A model generated the notes under the pieces. It made no database searches. It was not told where the DNA came from and saw nothing but the letters and a program-made list of their open reading frames with translations. A DNA stretch of 63,735 bases, filler included, from Octopus bimaculoides (Eukaryota): assembly GCF_001194135.2 (NCBI RefSeq). It is 5 parts of 5 records of this genome, joined end to end, with 100 filler letters (N's around TTAATTAATTAA, not from the genome) between each part and the next. Parts side by side here need not be neighbours in the genome. Positions count along the whole stretch, not along the records: positions 1 to 31,433 come from NC_068992.1; positions 31,534 to 46,637 come from NC_069001.1; 3 more parts are not named here. One strand, given 5' to 3'. Of this stretch, positions 26,903 through 40,390 are shown one piece after another. Position 1 is the stretch's first letter, and every line of letters starts with the position of its first letter. The position numbers were made by a program, and so were the translations under genes.

Positions 26903-29900
26903 CATTATTATGTCCATGTTTTTACTCATTTCAGTCTGCATACAGAAAAGAAGAATATTGAATTGCGTAGTTCAATATTAAATTGTGTTGTGGTTGTTAA
27001 TGATTTTTTTTTTCTCTTGCAATTGAATTCCTGTGAGTTGGAAAAGCTTATATATTAGGTCACTCACATGATGTTAGCTTAATCTGTGACACCTCAGTAA
27101 GAATATATACATGCATCTATCTATCTATGTATATGTATAGTTTTCTTACTAGGTTCACTATAATAAAGATAGAGAAAACATACAACTTTGAGATAGAATA
27201 TGCTAAGGTTAAAGTATATAATAGATAAGAAAGAAGCAGGAGGAAGATTGTTGGTATAATTGCATTGGGAGATTGACAGAGCAGTTGAAGACTGGTTACA
27301 AGCATTAAGACAAGGAATTGTCAAAGTACACTATATGAAGAAATGTTGTCGTAACCTAAAAAGAAGGCTGACTAGCAATGAGATCATACTGAATCAAAAT
27401 GGTAGACTAAGTAGTTATGATCAAGTAGAAAATATGAAGTAGAACAGTTGGTGTCTTCAAGCTGGGATTTTAAGGCTAAGAATTGACAGGATCATTAGTG
27501 CTTTGGATAGAATACTTCATGATATTTGTTCTGACACCTTGTGTTCTAAGTTCAAATCCTGTCAACTTCGCTTTTTATCCTTTTGGAGTTAATAAAGAAT
27601 TTGTTAATCCAGAGCAGTCGAGTGGTGGAACTGTTAGAATGTTGAACCAACTATTTTGCAGTATATTCATCCCCACTTAAACATCGAAGTTCTGTTAGAA
27701 GTAGGTGTATTGCACTAGGTACTATGAGAGAAACTCTCATGTAGGCTTTTGGTGCAAAATGCATTCTTGCTTATATTGCTACAGGGCGATAAATCCCCAC
27801 TAACTTCAGTGCTGAGATCTTCAGATCATGTGATTTTGTCTTTCCTTAGTCTTGTCAATGATGGATGCTTGACCACTAGAAAAAGCAGTGTCTCATCTTC
27901 TTGCCAGTGGTATATAGACAACCAGAGCCAAAACAGGCAATTTGGTGTCGCAATCAGCCAATGAGCTTGTTAGAATTATATATATTAGCAACAGAGGCAG
28001 TATTACTGGTGAGAGGAAATATTTATCCCAACTTAAAACATGGAGTGTATGTTTTGGTTCTTTGTGTCATGTTCAGATCCCACTATGGCCTACACAGATG
28101 GTAGACTTAGTTATTCATCCAGTTAAACTTAACCACCTAACACCTTGGATGCCTTTACCAATGTCCACCTGTGGTGTAACAATTTGGGTCTCCTGTTTGA
28201 AGATGCCTTCCTCCTTCCCTCCCTCCCTCTAGTCATGGAGGCTCTATAAAGGGTCATGGCCACCGCCTTCCATCTTAAGTGATTAAAAAAAATTGTTAAC
28301 AGCTTGATATTAAATAAAAGAGATTGGCAATTAGCAGAGGGTATAATTAGATTTGCTATGGGCTGATGTTTCACAGCAGGTTTACCATAAAACTTTCCAT
28401 ATAAGATGGAGTGGCTATAAATAAACATACTCTCTCTCCTTTTTCTCTTCTCTCTCCCTATTTTATCTCTCTGTCTACCTCAAAGTGAACTGATTAGTTA
28501 GTTTATGATTTCGTTTGTTAATTACATACACCAAATCTGCAAGGGAAGATGTGACATATAAATAAGAATTTAGTAAATAATTTTTCCTTAATTACATATT
28601 TTAAAGTCATTTTGAAAATCTCTTTTAAAAATACAAAAGGCAAGCAAAGTTTGCTAAATTATTCTTGTGGTTTCTCTCCAGAATTCGAATTACTGGAAGT
28701 GAAAACCCCTATTAAATATATAATTAGGATAGCTTCTACAGTATTTTATTCTGAAAAATAAAGATACACAGGAACAAGATTATTAACCCTTTAGGTGCTT
28801 TCGCTATTCCTTCTTGCATCACCATAAACCTTTGCAGCAGAATAAATAGTCTACTTTCAGTGATAAAAATCTGATTTTTTTAAAAAAGATATTTGCAAAT
28901 AAATACTTCCCAGGAATAAATCGTTTCCAGCAATTCAGTTTTATCAAAACTGTTAGAAGATTTTCCAACAATAATTGCAGAAATCTAAATATTCCATGGA
29001 ATGATTTGGCCACTTGAGAATATACTTTTAGACAATTTACAATTTTTAGAAAAATAACCAATATGAAATAAAGGAATAGAAAAAAAAAAAGAAAAGAGAA
29101 ATAGCAATATAAAATTTGCATACATAGAAAGGATATCAGAGCCTTGAAACAGAAGAAACCTGATGGAAAATTTAGTTTATCGGCAAAATTAGTCATGTGA
29201 TTGAAAACAATCAGGTTTACCTATCAAGTGGCACAAGAAGTAATTGGTTCCTGTTTTAGCAATTTTGAGAAATGTTTACATGTCCTTTTCTCATATTATC
29301 TGTCCTGTGTTTTTGATTCATTTGTTTTTACTTTGGAAACACTTCTGTTTTCCTTTTTTTATATCACCTTCTTTCAGTTGCCTGGTGTTCTTTGGTGATT
29401 TTCCACTCTCTCACATTAGTAATACAAGCATCAAAGAGAAGAAAGGAAATGTATTGGCATCATTTCTGCCATTTTCTAGCTAATGCTATAAACTAGACCA
29501 TTTTTGGTCATCAGAATCTAATCTTTAAGTATACAGCAGAATTGGTGGTTGTGCGATTAAGGAGTTTGCCACCTAGCCACATGGTTTCTGGTTCAGTCCC
29601 ACGATATGGCACCTTGGGTAAACGTCTTCTACTGTATGAATAAATTTGTGAAAGCTGTGCAATTTCGTTTAAACTTGCACCACTATTTTATTATGTTTAA
29701 TCTCCTGTACCTAACGTCAAAGCCATTTGTAGTACAATTGATAAATGTTCCCTTAGAATTTTTAATATCATTGGAAGTAGTCAGTGTTTGATCAACTCAC
29801 AAGAAGCCTTTTGAGAAAAACATGGCAGACACAAATCAGTGGACTGCCAATTATGTACATAATTTGGCTCCAATTGCAACAAAAATATCAAGCATAAAAT

Positions 29901-31433
29901 TTTAATTGGTCTATGAAAGGAATTTTTATAGCAACAAGATATCAGGACCAACAAAATGTAGTAAAGTTAAGAGGGACCTTAATATTGGCCATCACAAGCA
30001 TTTTTCACACATGAGTTATTTCGTTATGATGGCACACTGCAATTTTAATTTTCAGGTGATATCTTGTAATCAAGGATTAAGGGTTAAGTAGTAAAAACAA
30101 TTAAGATTAATAACTTTATAAATATATTAGGATATTAATTCGATTATCTAAGTGTGTAATTGTTAATTATATATTTATTGACAAGTAATGCAGTAGGGAA
30201 TTGTTTTTCTCGCTTATTTAATTAGTTTCAGGAGAAGTACAGAGCCTGTAATGCCTGTAATGTCTTCAGCTTTTCCCAAATCACAATTTAGTTTATGCAG
30301 GCTTTCATCCATCACAGTAAATACTTTAGCTTGTTTGCAAAATATTTCTATACTATTTGAATGTTTTACAATTTCTACACTCAGTATTTAAGAAGATAAT
30401 ATTGTCATTGAAACAGCATTTAACTTCATAAAACAATTAAAAAAATTTATCTCATTGTAATATGTAATACACCACTGTTTCACAACGCACACTACACCAT
30501 TCTGGTATAATGCTCACTGTATCACTGCATTACTACCTACACAATACCTTTATAACTACAATACTCACTATTCTACTCTATCATTACCCACAATAGACTA
30601 TTGTATCATTGCCCCACAAAACCTCTACTTACAATATCCAATACACTACTTCCAAAACCACACTAAATTACTATATTATAATGTTCCGCACACAGTACAT
30701 ATATATATATATAAGAGGCTACAACAATACACAGTGGCACCCAATACTGAGTTTCACTTTGCTCTCTTGGTTGAATATAATTATGTTGCTCTATTTCTTT
30801 TTCCTCTCATATGTTTTGCTTTTCTCATACTGTTACATGAAAGTCCAGATGAGATGTGATGTCACAACACTTCATGACCAGAGCTTGATCGTGAATACCA
30901 GTGATTACAATTTATCAGTGTACTGAGTTCTAATGATTGGTTATTTGTCCTGCTATGGCAAAACAGAGTTATAAAATATGTGTGTACTTAATCCATAAGT
31001 ATACAAATGGAATTTATAGTCTATATCTGTGCATGTTCAGACACAGTTTGATGTCAACTGCAATCATTCAGTAACAAGTCTCTCACCCACAGACTTTAAA
31101 TGACTATCTTCGATTGGGAATGTTTTTATAGGTCTTCTATTTCAAGGGTTGCAGCACAGGAGATACTAGAATCTCTTTGGGAGGGAACACCTACCACAGA
31201 AGACACTAACTGCAATTTAGTTGGAAAATGATGATCACTGAGCAAACACATAATTCCTGTACTAGAATAATGTACCTTTACTTTGTAGGACACACTTTCT
31301 ATCACTTTCCCATTTAAAACATCATAACTATTGTAATAACCCTGAAACAACCATAGACTCATCTGGAATTAAAAACTTAAATATATTTTGCAATATTTTA
31401 TGTATGTATGTATATATATATATATATATATAT

Positions 31434-31533
31434 NNNNNNNNNNNNNNNNNNNNNNNNNNNNNNNNNNNNNNNNNNNNTTAATTAATTAANNNNNNNNNNN
31501 NNNNNNNNNNNNNNNNNNNNNNNNNNNNNNNNN
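31434..31533. other. Scaffolding spacer: 44 N + TTAATTAATTAA + 44 N (also 46638-46737, 54451-54550, 59454-59553)
   Basis: Identical 100-bp structure four times; the 12-mer has stops in all six frames. Assembly artefact. Confidence 0.97.
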
Positions 31534-31583
<50 letters not shown>

Positions 31584-32500
31584 TGATTATCATTATTATT
31601 ATATATTTGCTTCTCTGATCCTTAACAACGGCGCTACTCAAGTTTACACCGAATTTTATTAATTTTTCAGACGAACTTCGAAATATTTATGTATATAATT
31701 TCTAAAGTCTTTTTCATGATTCACGAGTAAAAAAAAAGGCTGCTAGCGAGTCTTCGTGTCTCCGACATTTAAAGAGGACATAATTATTTTTGCTTTTCTC
31801 CCATCATCTACTACGGCCAGCGTAGATGACGTTTCATTGAAAATGTTTACAAGGTGGTCTTTTGATCATGGAGGGTTGATAGCTATAGTCTATCATAGAA
31901 GTGCGAGATGTGCAACGTGAAATGCGCTGTCGTCTGCTTTGGTAACCTCGCTTGTTAAAGCGTTAAAAGTATTTATCTGGAAGTATTTTCAGAGAAAGTT
32001 TCATAGAAGCATACATAGGTGTATAGAATTGTATGTATTTATTGAATTTGATATTACTTGTAATGCCAGAATGATGTTTGTAAGCTGAACTTTTATAAAT
32101 ATCAAATCAAATTCAACATGATACATAGCCATGAAAACCAATACCGTAGCGCATAGAATAAAGAACAAAGAGAAAACTGAGAGGAAAAGATAATGGAATG
32201 GAAGGTATGCGAATATTAACTTCGACGACTCTATTTCCTAAAACATTGAAAATTATCGGTGAAAAATTTTACTAACCACGTGTTAACAGCATAAACGACA
32301 GCAGCATGACATCAGAAACCGATAGCAATAGTAGCACGACAACTAACCACAAAAACAAATATACCAAATATAATCAACAAGATAATGAAAACAAAAATAA
32401 CAATATTTTGATTTCCGGTGAATCATGTATGTTGTGAACGCACATCGGCTTAAGGGAAACGTTCGGCGGTTATGAACAACATCAGCAGTCAGATACTCAC

Positions 32501-32540
32501 ATTCGAATCCATCCGCTATTTGGTTTGCAATTTGCTTCAT
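32501..32540 (-). CDS. Candidate first coding exon (MKQIANQIADGFEx)
   Basis: accATG start; strong donor T|gtgagt; lies in CpG-rich DNA at the edge of the CpG-poor domain; phase-1 end. Confidence 0.35.
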
Positions 32541-32564
32541 GGTTAGCAACCCCGGGGAAGTTGG

Positions 32565-32695
32565 GTAAGTACTTGTTTTAACAACCCGGGAAACGTGAAA
32601 TGCAAAGTCGACCTCGGTGGAGTTTGAACTCAGAATATACTAAGTGACTAAATGACTATAAGTATTTTGTCCGACGTCCAAACGGTTCTGCCAAT
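32565..32695 (-). mobile_element. SINE type B 5' fragment
   Basis: ttctgagttcaaactccaccgaggtcgactttgcatttca motif shared with 35845-36055, 41068-41240 and 59993-60205. Confidence 0.65.
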
Positions 32696-33940
32696 ACATA
32701 TAGAGAATGACTATATACGCTAACGTTTCTCTACAGCTTATCAAGAATCAAAATTCTGGTACTTCTGAGAGGCCTCAAATTTCTGTCGTAGCCGTTACAC
32801 CATGTATTATATAAACCGCTTATTTGACCAAAACTGCCTGAAATTCTAAGGAAAACTTCATCTCGGTGTTTTTTTCTGAGTGGCAATGGCCACTTTAGTC
32901 TCTTATCTTCTGTAAAAGCCTGAACATCATCATACATGATATTTTACACCATCCAGGCACTCTGTGTCACCAGGGAATAGACATCACGAATAAGGGAACG
33001 CAGTTACCAGAAAAAAAAAAATTAATAAATATTCCCCAATAAAATAAGTTAGATGAAGGGTTCTGCACTGTTACTATTAATTCTCTAAATCATCACACAT
33101 TCGCAACGCCGGATATTTCAGATAACAATAACAGGCGGCGTGCTAGCAGAATATTTAGAACGCTGCTCAAAATGCTTTGCAGCATTTCGTCCGTCATCAC
33201 TTTCTGAAATCAAATTCCGTCGATGTTGACTTTACATTTCATCCTTTAGCGATCGATGAAATAAATATCAGGTGAGATTGGAGTCGATGAAATCGATTTA
33301 TCTTCTCCCCTGAAATTGCTGTCCTTGCGCCAAAATTTGAATCTAATATTACAACTATATCAACACAACATAACGTAAGTATCATACTACAACTAGTTAT
33401 ACTAAAATATAACCAATAGTATGAATTTAGTATTTTAATCTCATTGTATTTATAATATAAGCATAATTCAGAGAAATATTTACAGGATAACAGTGCACAC
33501 ACGACGAGCAATAATTTTCTTTTCAGTCATCTTTCGATGTTGGAAGTATCTCGAGACATTCACACTTTATCGTAATACGATTATGTCTGTTATATAGGAC
33601 AAAAGAACGGAAGAAGTATCTAATATTATAGAAATAACAACACAAAAAAAAAATGCAAGAGAAACTGAACTTTTGTAGTAGCGGGGAAACTACAAATTAG
33701 CGCATAATAATTGGAAAATTTTATAATGAGCACGTACAGCCGTTAGAAATAGACAAAGTATCTCAGGAAATACAGAGTGTAATGTTTATAGCATATAACT
33801 GAATTATAGTATAGAATTGTGATGGATTAACTTGTATCAATTTATATAGACAGTTTCATTATCATATGAAATATAGTCTCGTGTCTAATGAGGTCTACTA
33901 GGAGAAATATAACAAGGAAAACTACAGACTGTATGTGTGC

Positions 33941-34051
<111 letters not shown>

Positions 34052-34653
34052 TGAGAGTGTATGCGTATGTATGTGTGTGCTCATGCACCTATAATTATGA
34101 TTTTATTCATTACTTGTTTCACCCACTGGGCAGCGGCCATGTGTCACATTCATGAAATATTTAGCCGATCACATTAAACCAAGTAATTACATTTAAAGTT
34201 CTACCAGTCACTTTTAACGAACCATTTGTTACAAGGTTGCAAACAAACCACCAACGGCTGTAATGTGTTTGGAGAGAAACACAAAGGCACGTAAATTAAC
34301 AATATACACTGAAGATCGGAAGAGCGNNNNNNNNNNNNNNNNNNNNNNNNNNNNNNNNNNNNNNNNNNNNNNNNNNNNNNNNNNNNNNNNNNNNNNNNNN
34401 NNNNNNNNNNNNNNNNNNNNNNNNNNNNNNNNNNNNNNNNNNNNNNNNNNNNNNNNNNNNNNNNNNNNNNNNNNNNNNNNNNNNNNNNNNNNNNNNNNNN
34501 NNNNNNNNNNNNNNNNNNNNNNNNNNNNNNNNNNNNNNNNNNNNNNNNNNNNNNNNNNNNNNNNNNNNNNNNNNNNNNNNNNNNNNNNNNNNNNNNNNNN
34601 NNNNNNNNNNNNNNNNNNNNNNNNNNNNNNNNNNNNNNNNNNNNNNNNNNNNN

Positions 34654-34750
34654 NCTAGGCTTACAAAGAATATGTTCTGGGGTCGAGTTGCTCGACTAAA
34701 GGCGGTGCTCCAGCATGGCCGCAGTAAAATGACTGAAACAAGTATAAGAG
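34654..34750 (+). mobile_element. SINE 3' tail, cut by a gap
   Basis: Matches 205-300. Confidence 0.8.
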
Positions 34751-35484
34751 TGAAAAAGTAAAGAGAGTCTGTGAATCTATTGCTGAATATAAGATTCTTC
34801 TCAGCAATGCGTGAAATGCAATGTCTGGAAATTTTTTCCATAGCTTAAATATCGAAGGGATCAACAACATAATTTTGAATGCCGTAGCATGTTCTTTCAA
34901 ACATCGGGGATAACTGGATGATGAGCTTTGGATTTTTGCACCATGTGGATGCAATGATATAAACGTCGAAACGTCAAGTCAGTAATTCGCCCCGATTTTG
35001 CCAGCTTAATAAAGAACCACAGAAAATCATGAAGATTAATTAGAAATAATTGAATGGATAAATAATTAAATGTATACCATAGAGGATTGAAGTTCTATTG
35101 CCGTATTCGTTCGTCACAATCTAAACAATGCCATGAATAACACCACTGTCTACAAAAGGCGAAAGGGAATTGCGCAAAACGGTACTATCCACGTTATTTT
35201 TCTTTAGCAAAAGGGTCAATAATTCTGCATTTAAATATATGTAAGGGGTTATGTCCCTGCCATTTTCATATTAATAACACACGACCACCATCGCTACTGT
35301 GCTCCGACATTCTATTGATCTGTATATCGATCGATTGCTCTATTTATTTACCTGTCTATTTATCTATCATCTTCTCTATCTACCTAGCTACGCATTATCG
35401 GAGTGAACTATCCTCTTCCTATCTTTCAATATATTTATGTGAACATGTGTGTGTGTACGTGTACATGCATACATATATGTATAC

Positions 35485-35562
<78 letters not shown>

Positions 35563-35844
35563 GTATATGCATTCCCATACGTGCTTGTTGTGCGTATACA
35601 TCTCTATCATCTATGTTAAACACTCTTGCTAAGTGACACGATTGTGGTGAATTAATGGTCTACGGGGAACGTAAAAGCGCCCGACACTTTAATCAAATAT
35701 TTGATGACATCTCAGCTCTTTTGCGCTAGGGAATACTATAACAAACATTCTGTGAAGGCAAATTATATCTTTCGGGTTATATTTTTAATTGTTATTGTTG
35801 TTATATTTAACATTTATTTCTATTAATACTACTAGTAGTAGTAG

Positions 35845-36055
35845 CCGAGGAGCTGGCAGAATAGGTAGCCCACAGGGGTAAATGCATAGCGACATTCTTT
35901 GCGACATTACCTCTTGTGTTCAAATGCCGCCGTGGTCGACTTTATCTGTCATTTTTTGGGGATCGATAAAGCAAGTACCAGTTGAACACTGGAGTCGATG
36001 TAATCGACTTGCCAACGCCTTCGATATTGCTAGCCTTGTGCTAAAATTTTAAAAC
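35845..36055 (+). mobile_element. SINE type B (GAGCTGGCAGAA head, GTTCAAAT B-box, central GTCGACTTT...AAGTACCAGT domain)
   Basis: Related copies at 33135-33270(+), 36962-37128(-), 41068-41240(+), 55348-55432(+) and 59993-60205(+); degenerate copies near 18050, 23300-23700 and 27470-27640. Confidence 0.75.
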
Positions 36056-36071
36056 ATTATTATTATTATTA

Positions 36072-36128
<57 letters not shown>

Positions 36129-36160
36129 CATCATTGTTGTTGTTGTTGTTGTTGTTGTTG

Positions 36161-36580
36161 TCTTTTCACAGCTTCTAACGCTGGAGATGTACTACAGTGT
36201 CAGCTGTTCCCAACCAGTGAACTAAGGTAACACCTCTTATTTTCGAGCACCTTCCGGAGTATTCGAGCGGTTCCAAGCAGTGCTGTTTTCTGCAAGTGCT
36301 CCACTCTTATTGCAGCCCCTATTTGTTCCATGTACTTATCGAGATTTTTGCTCACTGTTCCCAGCACCCCGACAATTATTGGTACTACTGTTACCTTTTT
36401 CATCGACAACAACTGCTTAACTTCTCACACTAACCTGTCATATCACTCGACTTTTCTGTCTTCCTTATCGCATAGCTTCTTGTCAGCTTGCCATGCTATA
36501 TCTATGATCCAGCATAGTTTTGTTTTCTTTCTCAATTAAGACTATGTCTGGCTTCCTATTCTCAATCTCATGGTCGCACA
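36161..36580 (-). mobile_element. 3' end of an R4/Dong-like non-LTR retrotransposon (restriction-like endonuclease), 5'-truncated
   Basis: Reads CDHEIENRKPDIVLIEKENKLCWIIDIA...KVE*YDRL...KVTVVPIIVGVLGTV...LQKTALLGTARILRKVLE (PD-D/ExK REL motif), then a short 3' UTR and (CAA)n(TAA)n. Confidence 0.85.
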
Positions 36581-38289
36581 TCATCATCAACATCAACAAA
36601 AACAACGACAAGCAATGACCTGAAGAAATACCAGGCAGTGGCTCTCCTGTCTTCTGATCTTAACTGATTAGAAGTGTTATCATGTTTTGTCTGGGTATAA
36701 ACGATGGGTTACAGCAGACTTTCTGCTCTATACAACATATCTGCATGTCAGTTGCTTAACCATAACCCGAAAAACATGTCCCTTATTGGCAGACAATACA
36801 TGCGTAACTGATCACAAGCAGTAGTATTGGGGAAGCATCACAACCACATGTTGAGAGGAATTCTGTAGGGTTTCAATAACTCACTTGTGGAAGTACAGGA
36901 TCAATGTGTAAGAAGATCGATAAACTAATGGTGGTGGTGGTGGTGGTGGTGGTGGGGGGGGTTAATCGTTTACATCGACCCCTGTACTGAACTGATACTT
37001 ATATTGTCAATCGGGAAAAGATGGAAGACAAAGTCTACCTCGGTGTTATTTGAACTCAGAATGTAAGGACGAACGAAATGCCCATATGCATTTTGTCCGG
37101 GGTTTCCAACTATTCTGCCAGTTCACCGCGTTAGAAACAACAGCAACAACAAAAACAACAGCAACAACAACAACAACAACAACAATAAGAAGAATGATGA
37201 CGATGATAAGGATGATAATGTTTATGTCATCTTTATTCGTCCCACGGCTTTCAGAAAGACCACCAACACTACAAAAATTAGGTCTTAAAAGACAGATGAG
37301 TGGTTAATTATGAATAAAATGTAAAGAAAATCCTACCCAATTATGTTAACAATCGGTTTTTAATACAAAACACATTCCCCCATAAATATGAGGAGACTAC
37401 CTACGATGGCTGCATGTTGAAATCTCACAAAACTATTCTCCAACTTGTCATTGATGCAAACGTTTTCTCTAACTTTTTCTCTAATTCTAAAAGCTCATGC
37501 TAAGAGCTCACCTGTTTGCCCTGACCATGCACGCCATTTCGATTTTTCTTGTGAGATCATTTTGTTGTTTCCAAATCATTATTGTCGACCACCAAAATTA
37601 ATTGGAATCGAAGTAGTGGAGATTTGTTCCATTATCAGCTGACAAAATCGCTTGTTTCTAGCTATGATTCTATTGATTGAGAAACTAATTAATTATATAA
37701 TTAACTAATTAGTTAATTAATTAGATATTTAGTTAATTATTATTACTATTAATATCAACCTTATTAGATTATGTGGTTCGGCTGGAATTTTTGACAGTTC
37801 TAGATGACGTCATTACATTCGCGTCGAAAAACTTTGCTACTGTTTGTGTAAACAAAATACTGTTCCCAGTTCGAATTTAATCTGAGAATATGTGTAAATC
37901 TAGGGGCATAAACAAGACGCCTAAGAATAACTGGACTGAACAGAAAGTAGTGAAGGAATAAGTATTGTTAAATGAATAATTTTCAAATGGCTGCGAGCTG
38001 CAAGAATCATTCGTATGCCGGGTAAAATACGTAGCGGTGAAGTCGAATTTACCTTTGATCTTTTCGGGGTCGATAGAATAAGCGCTACTCGAACAGTGGG
38101 GGTGACTTGCTCCCTCCCCCAAAATTTCCGGCCCTGTTCGGAAATTTGAAATCAAAATACCTCTTAAGTGAAATTTGTAGTGCTCGAAAATTATAAGTAA
38201 TGATAATAGTGTTCTTAATTTTCGAGACACAAACGCCCATCGTTCGAAGCCAGTCATAGAATATTTACAAATTTAAGAATATAGGGTCA

Positions 38290-38730
38290 GTGGCGTCACA
38301 TAAACGGCTCAGGAGCCTTGCCGGAAGTGTACGAATCAGTGACATCACAACAGGAACAGCATCGGTAACAGCATCAGCAGTATCAACAGCACAATTAACA
38401 ACACCACCAATATCTACATCACAACAGCAACAGCATCAACAACATTAGCGTCCGGGAAGAGGGTTGCTAGCACATCAGCCTCTACCCACATTTTTACCAT
38501 CCACATCTTTACCACATCTAATTAGTTTAACCATCTAATTACTTATCATTAAAATCAGGTGTAACTTGGCAATCGGTGGACTTACAACACCTTTCTTGAA
38601 TACCGGCCTTTGTTAACTTGACAACAAGGTCAAAGTGAGAGCTGATTGGCTGTACACAAATGAGTTCGTTACTGGGGGCCAGAAATCGCGTGGGAAAAAA
38701 AATTATGGTCCGAGCTTAGCGTGTTTTGAA
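38290..38730. promoter_or_regulatory. Promoter-like motif cluster
   Basis: ETS CCGGAAGT (38321), CRE-like GGCGTCAC (38292) and TGACATCA (38340), NF-Y CTGATTGGCTG (38642), E2F-like TCGCGTGGGAAAA (38686), TTTGAA (38725), all in CpG-rich DNA. Motif presence only. Confidence 0.35.
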
Positions 38731-38952
38731 CAGAGACAGTTCCGCTCTAAGCATTTGGTACAAACAATACCTTCTATGCATCGCGTTAACAACTCTGACG
38801 TTGGACATGTACGCATACCTTCATATATATACAAATATATATACAAATATATATGCATACGTCTACATACAATCCTTATATAAATCTATATGCAACTAAT
38901 CATATATACAAGCTTGCATATGTGCATACATGTATATGCATGTGTGCGTGTG

Positions 38953-39067
<115 letters not shown>

Positions 39068-40045
39068 GGAAAGAGAGAGAATGAGAGAAAGAGGAAGGGA
39101 GGGAGATAAACCGCATGCATACATACCTGCATATACATGCAAAAATGTGAATATGCATTCATCTAGACAGAGAAACAGAAAAATACACGTACAGACACGA
39201 ATGTGCGTGTTTGTGTGAGTCTGTGAGTGTACATATATTTGTGTAAGGCATCTGAAAATTTACTATGAATATATATTTGTCTGAGAGTGTCACGTTTGTG
39301 TGAAAATTAATAACTAAAATAAACAAAAAAGATTCCATGTATGATGTTTACACAGAGAAATGTGCATTTACAAGAATGTATACTTACATATATAATTGCA
39401 TATATACATACGTACTTACGTACGTCCGTTCGTTCATATATAACTATGTATGTTAGTATAATAAATGGATCCATTTAGATTCTCATATACCTACAATGTC
39501 TCCCCATACACACATATATACGAACACGAACATAACTAGCTTCAGAATGCAAATCTAATCACTTTCTAAAAATGCTTTGGGACATTTCTGAGCGTATAAA
39601 ATTCGGTCATCTTATTTCGTCTTCAATTACAGGAGAGGGAGAAAACAGAATAACAAATAACACTCAGAGAGTGTAAGTGCAATATCTGGGCTAAATTCTG
39701 TTCGTGGATAGAATATTTTAAAACAAATATGCCGATGGAATTGAGATCAAAAGGCAAACCACGAGAGACTGGAGGGAGGAAGAAATGAAGTAAACAACGA
39801 CGTGAATAAGATGAAAGTTGTGCAGAAGACAAAACATTATTTGGAAAACAGAAAGGTCACGTGGAAAGAACAATGCGTGTGGTACATCGATGCACACACA
39901 CGCACACACACAAACACATATTTACATTCAAAAACATAACCATATACATATATGCATACATAGGCGTGTGTGTATGTATAGATATACCTACACGCACACT
40001 TATTCATACAGGTATACCAATGCACACACACACACCCACACAGAC

Positions 40046-40090
<45 letters not shown>

Positions 40091-40353
40091 AATATATATG
40101 AGCGGTCGTATAAAAGTGTCTGTGCGAAAGTGTAAGTATAGATCTATACATCCATACATATATAAATACATATATATGTATATATGTGTTTATGTATATA
40201 TATNNNNNNNNNNNNNNNNNNNNNNNNNNNNNNNNNNNNNNNNNNNNNNNNNNNNNNNNNNNNNNNNNNNNNNNNNNNNNNNNNNNNNNNNNNNNNNNNN
40301 NNNNNNNNNNNNNNNNNNNNNNNNNNNNNNNNNNNNNNNNNNNNNNNNNNNNN

Positions 40354-40390
<37 letters not shown>

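Noticed and set aside
31478-31489. TTAATTAATTAA as a biological motif (PacI site, piggyBac TTAA target)
   Set aside because: Always centred in an exact 100-bp N block, so it is an assembly linker.
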